Part shown: in pieces, positions 59,505 to 64,000 of the stretch
Layout of the letters: each line of letters begins with the position of its first letter
Numbering within the stretch: position 1 is the stretch's first letter
NCBI GenBank assembly: GCA_039679645.1
Contig: JBDKUO010000009.1
Coordinates: 74,324-138,323, forward strand
Direction of reading: 5' to 3'
DNA from: Armatimonadota bacterium
Lineage (GTDB): Bacteria > Armatimonadota > UBA5829
DNA length: 64,000 bases
Position numbers and translations under genes: made by a program
The notes under the pieces: model-generated
What the model was told of the DNA's origin: nothing
What the model saw: the letters and a program-made list of their open reading frames with translations, nothing else
The model's database searches: none

Positions 59505-59611
59505 ATAATGCGTCTTAACACGAGATGGGGTAAATTCCTGCGTAAAGAGACCCGGCGAATAAATTCGCGGCAACAAACCCTTCGGGAACTCGAAACTCTG
59601 CCGGCAAAGAC

Positions 59612-61453
59612 TTATCTATTTTTTCGCGCGGCCAGGGTCCTGTCCAGATTGCCGAGAATACGCTTGCGGAACCTCATATCATCGGGCGTCACTTCCAGCA
59701 GCTCGTCATCACCTATCCACGAGAGAGCCTGTTCGAGCATAAATTTGCGCGCAGGACTTATCAGCACTGTGGCGTCTTCTGTCGATGAGCGCATGTTGCT
59801 TGCGTGCTTGGCCTTGGTAACGTTGACGACCATATCGTCCGCGCGGGAGTTCTCCCCGACGACCTGGCCCTCGTAGACCTCATCGCCCGGCGAGACGAAC
59901 AGAGTCGAGCGGTCCTGCAGAGGCGCTATTGAATATGCGGTGGCGCGGCCCGTTTCCTTGGATATCAGGCTCCCCCTGCTGCGGCTTTCGATCTCGCCGC
60001 AATATGGCCCATATTCCTTAAACAGGCGCGACATTATACCCAGGCCCTTGGTCCATGTCAAAAAGTCCGTTCTGAAGCCGATCAGGCCGCGAGTGGGGAC
60101 ATCGAACACGAGGCGGTTCATGCCCGACTCGTCCTTGTCCATGGAGACCATCTCGCCCTTGCGCTTTGCAAGCTCCTCTATGATTGTGCCGACGAAGTCG
60201 TCGTGAATATCTATCGTGACCTCTTCAATCGGCTCACAGAGGACACCTTTAACCTTCTTTGTGATTGCGCGAGGCTTGCTGACACATACTTCGTAGCCCT
60301 CGCGGCGCATGGTCTCGAGCAGGATCGCAAGTTGAAGCTCGCCGCGTCCTGATACTATGAGCGCGTCGGGACGGTCGGTCTCCTCGACCCGCAGGCTGAT
60401 GTTGACTTTGATCTCGCGCTCCAGCCGGTTCGAAATATTGCGCATGGTGACCAGCTTGCCGCTGCGGCCTGACCAGGGACCGTTATTTACAATAAACTCC
60501 ATCGAGACCGTCGGCTCATCAATATGTATAAGCTCCAGCGGCTCGGGGCACTCGGCGTCGGCTATTGTCTCGCCAATAGCCACCTCGGGGTATCCCGAAA
60601 GGAGCACTATCTCGCCCGCCGAGACCTCATCCACATCCCAGCGCTTGAGACCCTCATAGATAAACATGCGTGTGACTTGAAACTTGTCTACTGTGCCGTC
60701 GCGTTTGATGATGGCAACCGTCTCGCCACGATGCACCTTTCCTCGCAATATCTTCCCGCCGAACATACGGCCAAGGTGATCGTCGTAGTCCAGGTTAGTC
60801 ACTTGAAGCTGGAATGGTTCATTCGGCTCGACTACAGGCGGTGGGACATGCTCCAGTATCATATGAAAGAGCGGGTCAATATCTTTGGGATCGTTGGACG
60901 GGTCGAGCACGGCGTAGCCCTCGACACCCGAGGCGAACAGATATGGAAAATCGAGCTGGCTCTCATGGCAGCCGAGGTCGATAAACAGGTCCAGAACCTC
61001 GTCGACAACCTCGAAAGGGCGCGCGCCGGGCCGGTCGATCTTGTTAATGACAACAATCGGCTTGAGCTTTTGCTCCAGAGCCTTCTTGAGCACGAACCGG
61101 GTCTGAGGCATAGGGCCTTCGCATGCATCCACCAGCAGCAGCACACCGTCGACCGAGCGCAGGATTCTCTCGACCTCACCGCCGAAGTCGCTGTGGCCCG
61201 GTGTATCGACTATATTGATCTTGACGCCGTTATAATGGACCGCGGTGACTTTCGAAAGGATCGTGATACCCTTCTCGCGTTCGAGGTCGTTGGAGTCCAT
61301 GACCCGTTCGGCCACGACCTGATTAGAGCGAAAGATCCCGCTCTGCTTTAGAAGCTCATCCACAAGGGTGGTCTTGCCGTGATCGACGTGCGCTATGATT
61401 GCTATATTGCGTATGTTCTCGCGGACTTGCATTGTCTTTTCCAGTGTGTTCAT
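59612..61453 (-). CDS. typA: Translational GTPase TypA/BipA
   Basis: [26 protein letters not shown] is the G1 motif, ...[14 protein letters not shown]... is G2/G3, and ...[10 protein letters not shown]... is G4. The EF-G-like domains III and V and the BipA C-terminal domain are present. Confidence 0.9.
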   Translation of the reverse strand: MNTLEKTMQVRENIRNIAIIAHVDHGKTTLVDELLKQSGIFRSNQVVAERVMDSNDLEREKGITILSKVTAVHYNGVKINIVDTPGHSDFGGEVERILRSVDGVLLLVDACEGPMPQTRFVLKKALEQKLKPIVVINKIDRPGARPFEVVDEVLDLFIDLGCHESQLDFPYLFASGVEGYAVLDPSNDPKDIDPLFHMILEHVPPPVVEPNEPFQLQVTNLDYDDHLGRMFGGKILRGKVHRGETVAIIKRDGTVDKFQVTRMFIYEGLKRWDVDEVSAGEIVLLSGYPEVAIGETIADAECPEPLELIHIDEPTVSMEFIVNNGPWSGRSGKLVTMRNISNRLEREIKVNISLRVEETDRPDALIVSGRGELQLAILLETMRREGYEVCVSKPRAITKKVKGVLCEPIEEVTIDIHDDFVGTIIEELAKRKGEMVSMDKDESGMNRLVFDVPTRGLIGFRTDFLTWTKGLGIMSRLFKEYGPYCGEIESRSRGSLISKETGRATAYSIAPLQDRSTLFVSPGDEVYEGQVVGENSRADDMVVNVTKAKHASNMRSSTEDATVLISPARKFMLEQALSWIGDDELLEVTPDDMRFRKRILGNLDRTLAARKNR

Positions 61454-61471
61454 TGACCCCTAACCAAACGC

Positions 61472-61514
61472 GACAAAAGCGGCCGAGGCACGCACTTAGC
61501 TGCACTCGGCCGCC
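61472..61514 (-). terminator. Rho-independent terminator between the lipoprotein gene and typA
   Basis: Hairpin gcggccgag...ctcggccgc at 61479-61513, preceded on the plus strand by acaaaa. On the minus strand this reads as a hairpin followed by TTTTGT. Confidence 0.55.
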
Positions 61515-61573
61515 CGAAGTTGCTCTTGCTTACTGATGTTATATTACCAGAATTTCACCAAAAGCACAAGGCT

Positions 61574-62035
61574 TTACTTGTTGACCAAAGCGTTTTGCAC
61601 TGCAAGCGCGCTTGCGGTCTCGGCTTTCACCTTCAAGGGAACGTTTACTAAAAGGCTGCCGGAAGCCGCGCCGGCAGATGAGGCATACAGTACCCTCACG
61701 GTCTGAGAGTCAATCCATTTGTAGCGAGCCGCTACCGTGCCGGATGTGCCGGTTACTGCCACGGAACTGCCGCCGACAGTGACACCCGAAACAGGCTCGA
61801 ATATGCCGCTGCCAAAGTGCAGATCAAAGCTCGCCGTCTTTACCGTTCCCGCGCCGCTGACTGTCACCGGCGCGCTGACGGTCTGCCCGGTCTTGCCGGT
61901 AAGAGCAGGCTCTGTAACCGTCAGACCGAGAGTAGTCGGCGGCGCGGGAGTGCTGCTGCCGCCGCCGCCACCGCCGCATCCGGACAATATTGCCGCCAGG
62001 GCAAGAATTATTGATAATAATGTTGCTGATTTCAT
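61574..62035 (-). CDS. Small lipoprotein (lipobox ILSGCGGGGGG), paralog of the gene at 47979-48425
   Basis: MKSATLLSIILALAAILSGCGGGGGGSSTPAPP... The start is taken at the internal MKS so that it does not overlap the upstream gene. Confidence 0.6.
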   Translation of the reverse strand: MKSATLLSIILALAAILSGCGGGGGGSSTPAPPTTLGLTVTEPALTGKTGQTVSAPVTVSGAGTVKTASFDLHFGSGIFEPVSGVTVGGSSVAVTGTSGTVAARYKWIDSQTVRVLYASSAGAASGSLLVNVPLKVKAETASALAVQNALVNK

Positions 62036-62046
62036 CGTATCCCTCC

Positions 62047-63036
62047 CTAGCTTCCCGACTGCTGGTGCGCGAGAATCCATTGTGCATCGGCAATGGTGAC
62101 CGAACTATCCGCATTCGCGTCCATCTCGGCTGTCTTGGCGATATCTCCAAAGAGGTATTGGAGGACGAGATCGGCGTCAGCCTTGTCCACATCACCGTCC
62201 TTATCGACATCGCCCATAAGCTTTGCAGACACTGTGACGACCACCTGGCCGCTGCCGGAGACCGACGTGTCCTGCGAACAAGATGCCGTGCACGTGAGAG
62301 TCACGCTCATATTGGACCCAGTGCTGTTGGAAGGAGCAGTATAGGTCGGGTTTTGACTGGCGGCGCTCGGTGAAAATGAACCGCCCTTGCCGCCGTCGGA
62401 CCACACATAAGACACGCTGTGCCCGCGTGAATCCACCGCGATCGCGGAGCATGTGGTCGATCCGGCGGAGTCAATAGTCGTATCACTCACGGACGGTCCG
62501 CTGGTAAATGACACCATATGCACCGGTAAAATGGTGAGCGGAGTGAATGTCGGTATCTCCGACACCCCTGTGACACTGCCGCTCAAACCGAACTCTTCAG
62601 CAGTCACACTCGATGGAGCGGTAAACGCAATCGACTTGACTATCTCCAGTGTCTCCGCGCCGCCCACTGTGCATGTAATTGAAATTGTGCGAGTCGACGA
62701 ATTCCATTCGGCAAAAAACAGCCCACCAACGCTCGAACCTTGTGTGACGCATGCTATACCGCTTCCTGAAGATGTCGTATCGAGTGTGACATCGGATGGA
62801 ACTGTAATGTGCAGCACCACTGAAGTAACACCGGTGGCGTTTTGAATAACAATCGGCGGCGTCTCGGCAGCCTCACCCGCCGTAACCACTAAGCTGGCGG
62901 GGTTGAACGTGACTTGAGGCGCTGCAAAGGCAATAGAAGGCAGCGCGACTGCAAGCGTTGCAAATAAAAGCACTTTGAGGGAGGCGGTTCGGAGATTGCC
63001 GCCTGCCATGGGCAGAAAAACCCTTAATAGTCTCAT
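62047..63036 (-). CDS. Secreted protein with a C-terminal type-I dockerin domain
   Basis: The signal peptide is ...LLFATLAVALPSIAFA. The C-terminal duplicated Ca-binding dockerin segments are GDVDKDGDVDKADADLVLQYLFG and DANADSSVTIADAQWILAHQ. Confidence 0.7.
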   Translation of the reverse strand: MRLLRVFLPMAGGNLRTASLKVLLFATLAVALPSIAFAAPQVTFNPASLVVTAGEAAETPPIVIQNATGVTSVVLHITVPSDVTLDTTSSGSGIACVTQGSSVGGLFFAEWNSSTRTISITCTVGGAETLEIVKSIAFTAPSSVTAEEFGLSGSVTGVSEIPTFTPLTILPVHMVSFTSGPSVSDTTIDSAGSTTCSAIAVDSRGHSVSYVWSDGGKGGSFSPSAASQNPTYTAPSNSTGSNMSVTLTCTASCSQDTSVSGSGQVVVTVSAKLMGDVDKDGDVDKADADLVLQYLFGDIAKTAEMDANADSSVTIADAQWILAHQQSGS

Positions 63037-63143
63037 TGCGAGTATATTTCCTCCCGTTGCGATATTGCGAAAACCGACTTATATATAATATCGGCAGTTT
63101 AGGTCAGTCCAGACAGGCCGCCAAAAGCAATTTAACGTATATT

Positions 63144-63178
63144 CAAAAAAAGCGTGGGGTCAAAACAGACCCCACGCA
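63144..63178 (-). terminator. Rho-independent terminator downstream of the gene at 63205 onward
   Basis: A-run at 63145-63151, then the hairpin gcgtggggtc-aaaaca-gaccccacgc. Confidence 0.7.
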
Positions 63179-63204
63179 AGTCAAGGAGGGACATCGCTCG
63201 GTCA

Positions 63205-64000
63205 TCAATTATTTGTCCGAATCGCAGCCACCAGATATGGAGGCGCTCCGGTTACACTGCCCGTAATATGAACTGTTCTTGTAGATTTGTCATATTCACT
63301 GAAGAACAGCGCGCCCGCGCCTGCGCAGCGAACAACATTTCTCAGATTTCCGCCGCCGTCCAATACAGGATAAAAACGTGAGCCGTCAGGTATTCCAATG
63401 GAAGTCTCGAACACTCCGCCCGGCGCATTTTCTACAACTACGGATATCTCATTTCCACTGTGTGAACTCACGGCGTCATACCGGCAGACAATCGCTGGAA
63501 CATACCCCGCCGACGAAACCTCGCCGGATGTATGCGCGCCCACCCAGCAGTCTACAAATGCTGCGGCATCCTGAATATCTATGCACCCGTCTCCAACGGC
63601 GGTCCAGTTGGGCCACGTGCCTTCGGTGTGCGGCGCGAGGTCGAACGGACCATCCACGGCATCCGCCCACACAGGAGTTGTCGTTGAATGCCAGCGAAGC
63701 CATTCCTGCACAAAAGCTGCAGCGTCGGTGATATTGACTGCATGATCGCCATTGAAATCGCCGGGAAGCGGAGGCTCTATATTAATATCCAAACCGATGC
63801 AGCCGTTGACCGTGATTTGAGCCGAACCGGTCTCGCCGGGAGCCGTCAGGCTGATAGACTTCACTATCTCTGCCGATGCGGACGGGTTCGACACCTCGAC
63901 GTTTATGGTTATGATTCGGCTGGTCGCGTCCCAACTGCTCGTGAGCGACGAGACATCATCGCCTGCCTCAACGCACGCCAGGCTGCCGTCCGCCACCGAA
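63205..64000 (-). CDS. Dockerin-domain protein, a paralog of the gene at 62047-63036. The N-terminus probably lies beyond the window end.
   Basis: The dockerin-like pair is GDFNGDHAVNITDAAAFVQEWL and GDGCIDIQDAAAFVDCWV. It shares the module ...FFSEYDKSTRTVHITGSVTG and ...EIVKSISLTAP with the neighbouring gene, where these read FFAEWNSSTRTISITCTVGG and EIVKSIAFTAP. Confidence 0.6.
   Translation of the reverse strand, partial: SVADGSLACVEAGDDVSSLTSSWDATSRIITINVEVSNPSASAEIVKSISLTAPGETGSAQITVNGCIGLDINIEPPLPGDFNGDHAVNITDAAAFVQEWLRWHSTTTPVWADAVDGPFDLAPHTEGTWPNWTAVGDGCIDIQDAAAFVDCWVGAHTSGEVSSAGYVPAIVCRYDAVSSHSGNEISVVVENAPGGVFETSIGIPDGSRFYPVLDGGGNLRNVVRCAGAGALFFSEYDKSTRTVHITGSVTGAPPYLVAAIRTNN

Noticed and set aside
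1-64000. Mobile elements or prophage
   Set aside because: No transposase, integrase, recombinase or phage structural ORFs were recognisable in any frame. The duplications look like tandem paralog expansion and not IS-mediated.

Overview
This 64 kb window is a bacterial chromosomal segment of moderate GC, read from the sequence alone with no database searches. Most genes are on the minus strand. The gene content (PEP-CTERM protein, dockerin domains, an electron-bifurcating [FeFe] hydrogenase) points to an anaerobic, polysaccharide-degrading, probably uncultivated lineage.

In order along the window:

1. 1-4055: an exopolysaccharide (EPS) locus fragment. It holds a Wzc/GumC-like polysaccharide co-polymerase/BY tyrosine kinase that runs off the window start and is missing from the supplied ORF track, a PEP-CTERM secreted protein, and a priming sugar transferase.
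2. 4.4-9.5 kb: a carbohydrate-uptake cluster with a CBM9/DOMON-like secreted protein, a sodium:solute symporter and a 715-aa hypothetical protein.
3. 9.7-10.4 kb: an HTH/PIN toxin-antitoxin pair.
4. 10.7-19.5 kb: a rex-hydCBA operon encoding a trimeric electron-bifurcating [FeFe] hydrogenase. It is followed by a Phd/VapC toxin-antitoxin pair, then a sensory [FeFe] hydrogenase (HydS) fused to a PAS domain, with an overlapping SpoIIE-like PP2C phosphatase gene.
5. 19.6-23.4 kb: tRNA-Val(GAC), a VanW-family protein, and cysS-cysE.
6. 23.8-46.3 kb: the standout feature. Five tandem minus-strand paralogs encode 1166-1210-aa secreted multidomain proteins. Each has a signal peptide, a PQQ-like beta-propeller, a CarbopepD_reg-like domain, an F5/8 discoidin domain and a conserved roughly 400-aa C-terminal module ending in a Gly/Tyr-rich tail (...GYGGY..GLGYSLNPATP). 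Each paralog is its own transcription unit, with a conserved structured leader of about 130 nt and a strong hairpin terminator. Two units also carry a paralogous GntR/FadR regulator. A conserved sigma70-like promoter box lies in front of both GntR genes, and two orphan copies of that box remain where no GntR gene is present.
7. 46.8-64 kb: a BNR/sialidase-like protein, a 3017-aa giant surface protein (Ig-like arrays plus two beta-propeller repeat blocks), two paralogous SGCGGGGGG-lipobox lipoproteins, a histidine phosphatase overlapping a Clp1-family polynucleotide-kinase-like gene, typA/bipA, and two paralogous dockerin-bearing proteins. The last of these runs off the window end.

No transposase, integrase, CRISPR array or rRNA gene was seen.
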